Shown here piece after piece: positions 1-8,878 of a stretch of 64,000 nucleotides of DNA. The notes under the pieces were generated by a model. It was given only the letters and a program-made list of their open reading frames with translations. It was not told where the DNA came from and did not search any database. Origin of the DNA: Fimbriimonadia bacterium (lineage in GTDB: Bacteria; Armatimonadota; Fimbriimonadia; Fimbriimonadales; JABRVX01); the NCBI GenBank assembly GCA_041483895.1, contig JBGPGO010000003.1:202792-266791 (forward strand), read 5' to 3'. A program made the translations under genes and the position numbers. The first letter of the stretch is position 1. Each line of letters starts with the position of its first letter.

Positions 1-701
1 ATCGATCGGTCGCACAAATCGGGCCGATGGGCGGCGGTGACAAATGCCGTGACCACATCGGAGACATGGATAAAGTCCCGGCGCTGCTTGCCGTCGCCGT
101 ACACGATGGGTGGCAACCCGGCGACCATTCGGGACAGGAAGATCGGAACCACCGCCGCATACGTCGAGTCATGTCGCTGCCCTGGCCCAAACACGTTGAA
201 AAGGCGCAGAGACAGGACCGGCAGCCCGAATTCCCTCGAGTACAGGCCGGCCAGCCGTTCCGTTTCTAATTTGGAAAAACCATAGGGCGAGAGCGGTGCC
301 GTCGGGTCCGTTTCCGAAACCGGCTTGCCGTCGGTTTGCCCATATACGGCGGCGGAACTGGCCAGCACGCAGCACTTGACTCCATGCAGCCGGGCCTCTT
401 CAAGGACATTGAGGGTGCCCATCACGTTGACGGAATAGGTGTACCGTGGATTCTTCATCGAATTCGGTACGGAGATGTCCGCGGCAAGATGAATGACGCG
501 ATCGACGCCCGGCATTGCCTTTCTGACATCCAGCTCATCGCGAACATCCCCATATATGAAGTCCGTGCCGATGCACACCTGGTCCCGATGTCCCGTGCTC
601 AGATTGTCAAGAATCCGGACCTCCGCCCCGGCAGCCAGCAAATGGGAACAGATATGCGGGCCAATAAAGCCTGCCCCACCGGTGACGAGAAGCCGTTCCA
701 C
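1..701 (-). CDS. NAD-dependent epimerase/dehydratase (nucleotide-sugar SDR), truncated by the window edge
   Basis: Not in the ORF track. Manual minus-strand translation from GTG at 701 gives MERLLVTGGAGFIGPHICSHLLAAGAEVRILDNLSTGH (Rossmann TGGAGFIG). It directly abuts the stop of the sugar transferase. Confidence 0.9.
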   Translation of the reverse strand, partial: MERLLVTGGAGFIGPHICSHLLAAGAEVRILDNLSTGHRDQVCIGTDFIYGDVRDELDVRKAMPGVDRVIHLAADISVPNSMKNPRYTYSVNVMGTLNVLEEARLHGVKCCVLASSAAVYGQTDGKPVSETDPTAPLSPYGFSKLETERLAGLYSREFGLPVLSLRLFNVFGPGQRHDSTYAAVVPIFLSRMVAGLPPIVYGDGKQRRDFIHVSDVVTAFVTAAHRPDLCDRS

Positions 702-1385
702 CTAGTAGGCGCCCGAGCCTTTCATTACGGCCGGGATTGTGAGCAGCAAAATCTTAAGGTCCAGCCAAAAAGACATGTGCTCAATGTAAAAACGGTCCAT
801 CTCCACCCAATCCTTGAACGAAACGTCGCTTCGCCCGCAGACCTGCCACAGACAGCTGATTCCCGGCGTCACGCAGAGCCGCTCGAAGCTGATATCGTCG
901 TACTTTTCGACCTCCCTGGGCAAAGGCGGCCTGGGACCAACGAGGCTCATGTCGCCTCGCAGGACATTGATCAGTTGGGGAAGCTCATCGAGGCTGTATT
1001 TTCGCAGAAACTTCCCGACCGGCGTCACGCGCGGATCGTCTCTGATTTTGAAGATCGGACCGTCCTTCTCGTTCTTCGATACCAGTTCGTTCAGCCGCTG
1101 TTCCGCATCCATGTACATCGACCGAAATTTGAGGAATTCGAACGTCCTGCCGCGCAACCCGACGCGCCTTTGGCGAAAGACTACGGGCCCGGGAGATGTC
1201 AACCTTACACAGATGGCAATCGTCAGCATCACCGGGAACAGAGCCACGAGCAAGAAGCCGGATCCCACGATATCCAATAGCCGCTTGAATATCGAATACC
1301 GTACATTGCGCTCCGGGATCCGCCGCTCCAAGATCGAAATGGTCTCGACGGCGGCCCCCGACTTGTCGTACCTCATGCCACTCAC
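702..1385 (-). CDS. Priming sugar transferase (bacterial sugar transferase, WcaJ/CpsE-like)
   Basis: KRLLDIVGS, FLKFRSM, DPRVTPVGKFLRKYSLDELPQLINVLRGDMSLVGPRP motifs. Confidence 0.93.
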   Translation of the reverse strand: MSGMRYDKSGAAVETISILERRIPERNVRYSIFKRLLDIVGSGFLLVALFPVMLTIAICVRLTSPGPVVFRQRRVGLRGRTFEFLKFRSMYMDAEQRLNELVSKNEKDGPIFKIRDDPRVTPVGKFLRKYSLDELPQLINVLRGDMSLVGPRPPLPREVEKYDDISFERLCVTPGISCLWQVCGRSDVSFKDWVEMDRFYIEHMSFWLDLKILLLTIPAVMKGSGAY

Positions 1386-1442
1386 CGACTGGACGCTCTC
1401 CTTCTTCCTGGTTCATCCAGGGGTCAAACCAGCAGATTGAGT

Positions 1443-3677
1443 CTATGCTTCGTCGTCATCGTCTTCTATCGTTGGCCGCGGCATGGGCTTCGGCTTCGGT
1501 CTGCCAAACTTCTTGCGTTCGGCGCCGTTGTCCAGCGTACTTGCTCGCGATACGCTGGCGCCGGCCAGCTCGCGACCGAGCAGGGAGGCCTCGTACGCGC
1601 GCTTGTAGCTGATGTATCCGTGGCAGTCCTCGGGTCGAACCTTGTTTAGCGCCACGCCGACGATGTTGACCCCGAGGCGCTCGAGACGCCTATGGAAGTC
1701 CATCTCCGCCGCGGTTGCCGGCGACCCTGCCTCATGCACCAGCAGGACATTCTGAACCCCGCCGGCGATGACATCCGCGTCAGCGAACGTCGATCCGGAC
1801 GGACTGTCGAAGATGATGAAATCCGTGGCCTTGGAGACCTGCTCGATGAACCGCTCAAAATTTTCATCCCGAAGCAGTCTGACCGGGTTGCTCGGCGGCT
1901 TGCCGGCGGTGACGATGAGGAGCCGGTCCACCGGGGTCGGCATGGCAACATCCTCGATGTTGGCGGTGCCGGAAAGGATATCGACGAGTCCGGCGCGATT
2001 CTCAACATCGAAGTGCCGGTGCAGCGATGGCTCACGAAGGTCCGCGTCGACCAGCACCACGCGCGCCCCGTCGCGTGCCAGGGCGACCGCCAAATTCGCG
2101 GCAACCGAGCTGCGGCCGGAGTTCGGTTCGGCGCTTGCGACAACCAGCGACGGTCCTTGCATTCTCCCCCGCGTCTCCATCAAGTTTGTGGACAGGATCT
2201 GGAACGCGACGGAAAGCGGGGATGGGCTGTCAATCGTTTTGGGCAGCTCGGCCTGGCGAGTTCGGGGCAGGGACGCGATGACCGGGAAGCCGAGGGCGTT
2301 CTCGGCCTGGCTCGGATTGTAGGCGCCGGCATCGAACTGGCCGAGGATCAGCACGAGGCCAACCGACAACGCAAAGCTCAATCCGAAGGCAAGCGCCACT
2401 TTGATCCATGTCTTTTTCAGGATGATCGGCGCGAATGGGCTGTCCACCATCGTGATGTTTAGCTGCGTTGACTTGGCCTGCTTGATTTTCGCTTCCGTCA
2501 ATCGGGTGTTCAGTAGATCGATGTCGTTGCTGCGCGCCCTGAATTCCGTTTCCAGAACAGACAATTCTTTTTCTTTTGACGGAATTTCATCCAACTTCTG
2601 ATCAATGTCAGTGATCTGCTCGTTGCACTTCAAGATTGTTGCGGAGGCCATCGCGTTCTGTGCAACGGCTCTGTCAACGCTTTCCTGCGCTGTCATGCGT
2701 TGCGGATTTCGCTGTGTGGATTCGCCGATCTGCTTCATCACGTCTCCGGCTTTCTCGATCACAGCCATTTGTTTGATGATTGCTTGGAGTTGCTTGCTGC
2801 GCTCCTTCATCTTTGGGTGATTGGGACCCAGCGTCTGGGAATCGGCTACCAATTGCGCTTCGAAGCTGGCGCGCGACAACTGGAGCTGTGCGTAGACCGG
2901 ATTCAGCTGGGTGTTCTCCGCAGCAATAATCATCGGTTTATTCTTCTGCGCGATGAACTGTGACGTGTACACCTGAAGCCCTCTTTGGCCCATGATCAGA
3001 TTTCTTTGCGCTTCGTTCCGCCGCGTCATCAATTCCGACTTCATCCCCACGAGATTGCTTGTTTCCGCTTGCAGAGAGACCGCCTTATTGGCCTTTTTAT
3101 ACGAGGTGAGATCATCGACCGCTTGCACAAATTGGGTTTTCGAGTCCTCAAGCTGCTTCTGGATGAACTCTGTTTCCTGGCTGCTTTGTTGGCTGTTCAG
3201 AGCAATGTAGTGCTCGCGGAAGTTCTCATAGAGACGCTGAATTCCTTTCAAAGCCTCTTTTTGCGTATCGGCGCGGAAGTGGACGCGAATGTGCTCAGAG
3301 CCACGGACCGGCTCAATTTCCACACGGTTCTTGAACTCTTCCCGTATCGCTTCCGGGGACCCAGAGGACGGCTTCCATTCGCCGTAGTTGATCAAATCTC
3401 TTAGGGTCTTGTCGAAAACCGTGTAGCTGCCGATCGTCTGCATAAGGTTGTTGATGCGCGTTTCCGGATCCATGATCCGTTGCGACAAGTCCGGATAGAT
3501 GCTTACCTTGGATTCCTCATTCAATCGAGTTTCCGTTACGGTCACAAAGCCGTCGTATTGCGGGGGAGCAAGGATCGACAGCAACGCCGTGATCAGGCAG
3601 ATCGGCAAGACGATCATTGCGATAATCCACCACCGGCGCCGGATTGGCGAGAGAAACTGAAATATTCCTGTTTGCAT
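1443..3677 (-). CDS. Wzc-like polysaccharide co-polymerase / BY-kinase-family protein
   Basis: N-terminal TM, long coiled-coil periplasmic region, second TM, then CapB-like domain (EPNSGRS, VLVDADLREP, IIFDSP). Confidence 0.88.
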   Translation of the reverse strand: MQTGIFQFLSPIRRRWWIIAMIVLPICLITALLSILAPPQYDGFVTVTETRLNEESKVSIYPDLSQRIMDPETRINNLMQTIGSYTVFDKTLRDLINYGEWKPSSGSPEAIREEFKNRVEIEPVRGSEHIRVHFRADTQKEALKGIQRLYENFREHYIALNSQQSSQETEFIQKQLEDSKTQFVQAVDDLTSYKKANKAVSLQAETSNLVGMKSELMTRRNEAQRNLIMGQRGLQVYTSQFIAQKNKPMIIAAENTQLNPVYAQLQLSRASFEAQLVADSQTLGPNHPKMKERSKQLQAIIKQMAVIEKAGDVMKQIGESTQRNPQRMTAQESVDRAVAQNAMASATILKCNEQITDIDQKLDEIPSKEKELSVLETEFRARSNDIDLLNTRLTEAKIKQAKSTQLNITMVDSPFAPIILKKTWIKVALAFGLSFALSVGLVLILGQFDAGAYNPSQAENALGFPVIASLPRTRQAELPKTIDSPSPLSVAFQILSTNLMETRGRMQGPSLVVASAEPNSGRSSVAANLAVALARDGARVVLVDADLREPSLHRHFDVENRAGLVDILSGTANIEDVAMPTPVDRLLIVTAGKPPSNPVRLLRDENFERFIEQVSKATDFIIFDSPSGSTFADADVIAGGVQNVLLVHEAGSPATAAEMDFHRRLERLGVNIVGVALNKVRPEDCHGYISYKRAYEASLLGRELAGASVSRASTLDNGAERKKFGRPKPKPMPRPTIEDDDDEA

Positions 3678-3699
3678 CGTACTGCTCCCTGCGATAAGT

Positions 3700-4659
3700 C
3701 TAGCGAAGTGCGTTCGTCAAAGCGTCGAATGGGTTGGCCCGCAATAATACTGTAGTAATGTACAGCGTATCCATCATGTTCTTGAACCGAGTCGTATCGA
3801 GATTGTTCGTCTTCGGAACCAATACGAAGTCCTGTCGCTCCAAAACAATATCCTTATTCGGATTCTGCAGTGCCTCAAAGTAGTTGACCTTCATCTTCGT
3901 CTGCTTTGCCGGATTGTACGGGTCCGTTCGGAAAATCGTAACCTTGGTCAATTGTCCGCGTTCAAAAGTACCGCCCTTGGCGTTGGCAATCGCTTCCGTC
4001 ATACGCATGCCTTCACGAAAGCCCTGTGGACCTGGACTGTTGACTTCGCCCGCGACCGTGATGTAGCCCTTTTCGTCTCTGGGGACGATGAGCTGATCCC
4101 CGTCCTTGAGCAAGTAATTCTGATCGTCTCGACCCTCTTGAATGAGCGTGCGCAGATCGATCGGCACCTGTTCGGGGCTGTCCTTGCGCTGGAATATCGC
4201 GCCGCGCATATCGGCAACTCCGGCGACCGGGCCGCCGGCAAGTCCGATAAGATCTCGCAGCCGCTGCCCGGGTCGGAATTCATATTGATTGGGCGCCCGC
4301 ATGGTTTCTTGGCCAATGACCGTGGCGCGGGGTTTTCGGAAATTCACCACCGTGATATTGACTGTCGGTTCGACGAGTATGCCGGCCGCCACCAGACGCT
4401 GCTCGATCTCTTCTTTGATTTCAGCGACCGTTCGGTTCTTGATTTTAACCTGGCCGATGTACGGATAGCTCATAAATCCGTCCGTGCCCACCGTCGCCTG
4501 CATGTTGCGTTCGGTCTCTTCAGCCAACGTAATAAATATTACGTCCTCTTCCTGCAAACGGTAATCCGGGGCGGGAGCGACACCAGACGGCGTCGGATTC
4601 TGGGCAAGCGCTGTGGACAACACTCCCAACAAACTTACAAAAATGGTCAGAATGCGCAT
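3700..4659 (-). CDS. Polysaccharide export protein (Wza-like, Poly_export + SLBB domains)
   Basis: Signal peptide MRILTIFVSLLG..., DYRLQEEDVI, DGFMSYPYIGQV, VAGEVNSPG; GGAGG SD before ATG 4659. Confidence 0.88.
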   Translation of the reverse strand: MRILTIFVSLLGVLSTALAQNPTPSGVAPAPDYRLQEEDVIFITLAEETERNMQATVGTDGFMSYPYIGQVKIKNRTVAEIKEEIEQRLVAAGILVEPTVNITVVNFRKPRATVIGQETMRAPNQYEFRPGQRLRDLIGLAGGPVAGVADMRGAIFQRKDSPEQVPIDLRTLIQEGRDDQNYLLKDGDQLIVPRDEKGYITVAGEVNSPGPQGFREGMRMTEAIANAKGGTFERGQLTKVTIFRTDPYNPAKQTKMKVNYFEALQNPNKDIVLERQDFVLVPKTNNLDTTRFKNMMDTLYITTVLLRANPFDALTNALR

Positions 4660-4891
4660 TAAAAAACCTCCATCCGAGTCCTGTTCCACCTGCTTCGGTT
4701 GGCTACCCCGTTGAATTTTCGGGTACGACGCCAGTTCGCCACAGGTGAATGCAGTTCAATACGGAACACAGTTCGCTATCATCACCCTTAAGCAACCGAT
4801 TGTATCTACTTTTTTTTATTTCCCAGGCATTTTCATGCCTTGTTGTGTGAAAAAGTTGCAATTGCCCTCGCACAGTTACGGGGTTCTGCCA

Positions 4892-5182
4892 TTAATTCGG
4901 GGTCAGCTTGCAACAGCCGGGACCGCATGCCTCGGGTTCCGCCTTCGGCTCCGACTTGGGAGCTTCTGCCTGCTCGGTCTTCGGGGCGTCCGTTTGGCCG
5001 CCGCTTCCGGCATAGTCATTGATATGGAATCCGCTCCCTTTGAAAGCGATGCCGACCGGGAATATCAGCTTGGACACCGGCCCGCCGCACTTCTCGCACT
5101 TCTTGATTGGGGGCGCGGTGAAGCTCTGGACGACTTCGAACTGATGTCCACATTTCTTACATTGGTAGCCGTAGGTTGGCAT
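4892..5182 (-). CDS. FmdB-family zinc-ribbon protein
   Basis: MPTYGYQCKKCGHQFE...CEKCGG...FKGSGFH signature. Confidence 0.9.
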   Translation of the reverse strand: MPTYGYQCKKCGHQFEVVQSFTAPPIKKCEKCGGPVSKLIFPVGIAFKGSGFHINDYAGSGGQTDAPKTEQAEAPKSEPKAEPEACGPGCCKLTPN

Positions 5183-5189
5183 TCTGCAG

Positions 5190-5957
5190 TCAAACTCCTT
5201 TGGTCGAACTAGGCTCGCGCAGCACCTTCATCACGAAAATCGGCAGCGCGGCCACCTTCTTAAACTTTCTCGGATTGAGGGCCAGTCGCCAGGCCCACTC
5301 CATTCTCAATTTCTGCACAAAGCGCGGGGCTCTCCGGGCGACGCCGGCGAATACGTCGAGCGTACCACCGACTCCCATCGATACGGGAACCCGCAAATTT
5401 CGCATGTTCCGGGCGATCCACTGTTCCTGCTTCGGCATCCCCATCGCGACCAACAGCACATCGGGTTCCGCGGCTCTAATTCGATTGAGTATCTCCGGTT
5501 CGCCGGTTTCGTCGAAAAAGCCGTTGTCCGTCCCCACGATATGGCAGCCCGGATACTTGGCTTCCAGATGCCGGGACGCCCGGACCGCAATCCCCGGTCC
5601 CCCGCCCAAAAGGTATATGCGGTATCCAGATTCTACGCTGCGGCGGCACAATTCATCAGCAATATCACATCCGGAGACCCGATCGGCCAGGTGCGCCCCC
5701 TTGCGCCGAAGCGCCCATACCACGCCGGTGCTGTCAGGAGTTACGAGGTCGGCGCGATTCAAAAGGTCCCGCCATGCCGGATCGTCCGTCGCCATGACCA
5801 GGCCGCTGGCATCGGCGGTAATGATTAGGCGGGGAATTCGCTCTTTGATGAACTGATCCAGGATGTTCAGCGTCTCGGTCATGGAAACCAGGTGCACAGT
5901 GCAGCCGAGTACGCTGGCGGAAGGGATCGAATTCTTAGCGAGTTCGAGCGACGTCAC
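5190..5957 (-). CDS. WecB/TagA/CpsF-family glycosyltransferase
   Basis: ADLVTPDS, RVSGCD, IYLLGG, VAMGMPKQEQW, MGVGGTLD, RAPRFVQKLRMEW motifs. Confidence 0.92.
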   Translation of the reverse strand: MTSLELAKNSIPSASVLGCTVHLVSMTETLNILDQFIKERIPRLIITADASGLVMATDDPAWRDLLNRADLVTPDSTGVVWALRRKGAHLADRVSGCDIADELCRRSVESGYRIYLLGGGPGIAVRASRHLEAKYPGCHIVGTDNGFFDETGEPEILNRIRAAEPDVLLVAMGMPKQEQWIARNMRNLRVPVSMGVGGTLDVFAGVARRAPRFVQKLRMEWAWRLALNPRKFKKVAALPIFVMKVLREPSSTKGV

Positions 5958-8415
5958 GATGGGCCGATTCTACCTGCCGGAGTATCGCGGGTTTCGGCTG
6001 GACCTTGCGCTGCCGGGCCGACTGGCACGGTCCAATTGCCAATTCCAGCACCTCGTCGGCGCTCGTGACATAGTGCACCGTTACGGCTTTGCGGACCTCT
6101 TCCGGCACTTCCTCTTCGATATCCTTTTGGTTTCGCTTTGGGATGATCAGCGTTCGGACGCCGCCGCGATAGGCGGCAAGCACCTTATCTTTGACGCCGC
6201 CGACCGGAAGCACCTGTCCCTTCAGGGTGATTTCGCCGGTCATCGCCAGTCGGGGCGGGATCGATTTCGCGCAGGCGAGGCTGGCGATGGCCGTAAGCAT
6301 AGCGATGCCTGCGCTGGGACCATCCTTGGGAATCGCCCCGGCAGGGACGTGCACATGGATATCTTTTCCTTCGAAGAATGACTGCTTGATTTCGTGTTTG
6401 TGACCCTCAGCCTTCAAATAGGTAAGCGCCGCTTGCACCGATTCCTGCATTACCGCTCCCAGTTGACCGGTCAGGATTAATCCCTTCGTGCCCGGAGTGG
6501 CGGAAGCTTCGATGAAGAGAATCTCGCCGCCGACTGGGGTCCACGCAAGGCCGATGGCGACGCCCGGCTCCAATTTCCTCTCCAACACCTCTTCGCGGAG
6601 AAAGTCCGGAGCGCCCAGCATGTCATGGACGGTCTGAGGGGTGATCGTAATTGGGCCTTCTTCGCCCTCCGCGAGCCGGCGGGTCGCTTTTCGGCAGATG
6701 GCGGCGATTTGGCGCTCCAGATTGCGGACCCCCGCCTCTCGCGTGTAGCCGGTTATCAGGGCCCTGATCGCTTGCGGCTGGAATTTCATGATCTTCCGAC
6801 TGATACCGTGCTCGTCCAACTGTTTTGGGATCAGGTGGCGGCGGGCGATGTTTATCTTTTCCTCTTCTGTGTATCCGCTCAATTCGATGACTTCCATGCG
6901 GTCTCGCAGCGGGCTTGGGATCATTTCGATCATGTTCGCGGTTGTAATAAAGAATACACGGCCCAGATCGAAGTCCACGTCGAAGTAGTGATCTCGGAAG
7001 GTGTTGTTCTGTTCCGGATCGAGCACTTCCAGCAAGGCCGATGCCGGATCGCCGCGAAAATCCGCCCCAAGTTTGTCGATTTCGTCGAGAACGAAGACAG
7101 GGTTGTTGGAGCCGGCGCGACGAATTCCCTGCAATATCTGGCCCGGAAGCGCGCCGACATAGGTCCGCCGGTGGCCCCGTATCTCCGCCTCGTCCCGCAT
7201 GCCGCCGAGGGAGATGCGAACGAACTTTCTGCCGAGCGCATGGCCGATCGAACGGGCGAGAGAGGTTTTACCGGTTCCCGGCGGGCCCGTGAACGCAAGG
7301 ATCGGCTGGCGCACGGTCCCTTCTTTCTTGAACTTTCTCACGGCAAGGAACTCGATGATCCGTTCCTTGATCTTCTCCAGGCCATAGTGGTCCTTGTCCA
7401 AAATGCGCTTGACCCGCGCCATGTCCAGGTTGTCGATTGTCGCGGACGACCAAGGGAGAGCGACCATCCAATCGATGTAGGTTCTCGCCACGGAGTATTC
7501 CGGCGATCCGGGGGACATGCGCCGCAATCGATCCAGCTCCCGCCGGCACTCCTTTTCCGCTTCCTCGCTCATCTGGGCCTTCACGATGCTCTGCTCCAGC
7601 TCGTCCAGTTCCAGGCCCGTATCGTCCGTCTCACCCAGCTCGCGCTGAATCGCCCGTAGCTGCTCCCGGAGATAGTAGTCCCGTTGAGATTTGCTTAGCT
7701 CCGACGTGACCTCGTTTTGGACCTTGCTGCTGAGCTCGAGCACCCGGACCTCGCGGCCCAAAGCGGCCATCAGCTCCCTCATGCGGGCGTTGATGGGAAC
7801 CGTCTCCAAAATCTTCTGCTTCACTTCCACGGAGAACGGCATGTGCGCGGCGACCAGGTCCGTCATCACGTGCGGCTCCGGGACCTGGTGCGTCAGGGTC
7901 CTCAGCTCATCGGGGAGGTTTTGGCTGTAGGAGATCGCACGGTCGAACAGGCTGCCGATGCCTCGCCGAAGGGCTTCGATTTCGATCTGCTCCTCGCCCT
8001 TGGGCATCTCCGGCTCATTCAGAATCTCGACCCGGGCGCGCAGGTACGGCTCCTCTTGAAGGGGCTCGACGATCTTGAAGCGGGACAGCCCCTGAACGAT
8101 GAGGCGCACCCCATCCGCCATTTTGACCATCGTTCGGATGATGACGGCGCAGCCGACGGTGTGGACATCGGCGAAGGTCGGCTTTTCCACCGCCGGATCG
8201 CGCTGGGCGATGACCCCGATAATCCGCCGGTTGCCCAGAACGCTGTCGTCAACGAGTTGGATGGAATGGTCCCGTCCGACCGCCAGCGGCGCGATCAGCA
8301 TTGGGAAGACAACGGCATCGCGAAGGGGCAGCAGATTGAGCTCGGCCGGAATGTCCGGTCGAGGCTCGGTATCCGATATCTCCTCCACGATTTCATTGAC
8401 GACGGGCAATTCCAT
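5935..8415 (-). CDS. lon: ATP-dependent Lon protease
   Basis: LLPLRDAVVFP N-domain, Walker A GPPGTGKT, LDEIDK, PKDGPSAG catalytic Ser. Start reassigned to ATG 8415 just after the hsp20 stop. Confidence 0.97.
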   Translation of the reverse strand: MELPVVNEIVEEISDTEPRPDIPAELNLLPLRDAVVFPMLIAPLAVGRDHSIQLVDDSVLGNRRIIGVIAQRDPAVEKPTFADVHTVGCAVIIRTMVKMADGVRLIVQGLSRFKIVEPLQEEPYLRARVEILNEPEMPKGEEQIEIEALRRGIGSLFDRAISYSQNLPDELRTLTHQVPEPHVMTDLVAAHMPFSVEVKQKILETVPINARMRELMAALGREVRVLELSSKVQNEVTSELSKSQRDYYLREQLRAIQRELGETDDTGLELDELEQSIVKAQMSEEAEKECRRELDRLRRMSPGSPEYSVARTYIDWMVALPWSSATIDNLDMARVKRILDKDHYGLEKIKERIIEFLAVRKFKKEGTVRQPILAFTGPPGTGKTSLARSIGHALGRKFVRISLGGMRDEAEIRGHRRTYVGALPGQILQGIRRAGSNNPVFVLDEIDKLGADFRGDPASALLEVLDPEQNNTFRDHYFDVDFDLGRVFFITTANMIEMIPSPLRDRMEVIELSGYTEEEKINIARRHLIPKQLDEHGISRKIMKFQPQAIRALITGYTREAGVRNLERQIAAICRKATRRLAEGEEGPITITPQTVHDMLGAPDFLREEVLERKLEPGVAIGLAWTPVGGEILFIEASATPGTKGLILTGQLGAVMQESVQAALTYLKAEGHKHEIKQSFFEGKDIHVHVPAGAIPKDGPSAGIAMLTAIASLACAKSIPPRLAMTGEITLKGQVLPVGGVKDKVLAAYRGGVRTLIIPKRNQKDIEEEVPEEVRKAVTVHYVTSADEVLELAIGPCQSARQRKVQPKPAILRQVESAHRDVARTR

Positions 8416-8416
8416 C

Positions 8417-8878
8417 TTATCCCTCCACGATCGGGATGGTCCGCTGCACAACCTCTTGCTTGGATTTAGGAACGGCGATTCGCAGGATTCCGTTTCGGCA
8501 CGTCGCGACGATGCCTTCTGTGTCCAGGGGGACATCGGGCAATTGGACCTCCCGCAAGAAGTCGCCGTAATAGATCTCAAGCTGGTAGCACCGTATTCGG
8601 CAGTCGGCCTCCTGCTCCTGCTCGGCCCGGAATCCCCGTATGATAAGCGAATGCCGGTCCGGAGCGAAGGACAGGTTGATCGATTCGACATCGACCCCGG
8701 CGATTTCGGCAGTCACGATAATCGATTCTTCCGATTCCGAGACGTCGACGCGCGGTTCCCAGAAGCTCCGGGTCCGGATGGACGTTGGATTGACGCGCAG
8801 CAACTCCTCGGAAAGAGAGCGAAGCTCGGATCCCAACTGCCAAAACCATTCAATCTCTCGCCGATTTGGCATGATCAC
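8417..8878 (-). CDS. Hsp20/alpha-crystallin small heat-shock protein
   Basis: WEPRVDVSE, AEIAGV, YGDFLREVQLP, NGILRIAVPK. Confidence 0.92.
   Translation of the reverse strand: MIMPNRREIEWFWQLGSELRSLSEELLRVNPTSIRTRSFWEPRVDVSESEESIIVTAEIAGVDVESINLSFAPDRHSLIIRGFRAEQEQEADCRIRCYQLEIYYGDFLREVQLPDVPLDTEGIVATCRNGILRIAVPKSKQEVVQRTIPIVEG

Noticed and set aside
336..1280. 314-aa plus-strand ORF
   Set aside because: Antisense shadow of the epimerase and sugar-transferase genes, which carry clear family motifs on the minus strand.
8416..8691. N-terminal extension of Lon given in the ORF track
   Set aside because: It overlaps hsp20 in another frame; Lon homology begins at ATG 8415.
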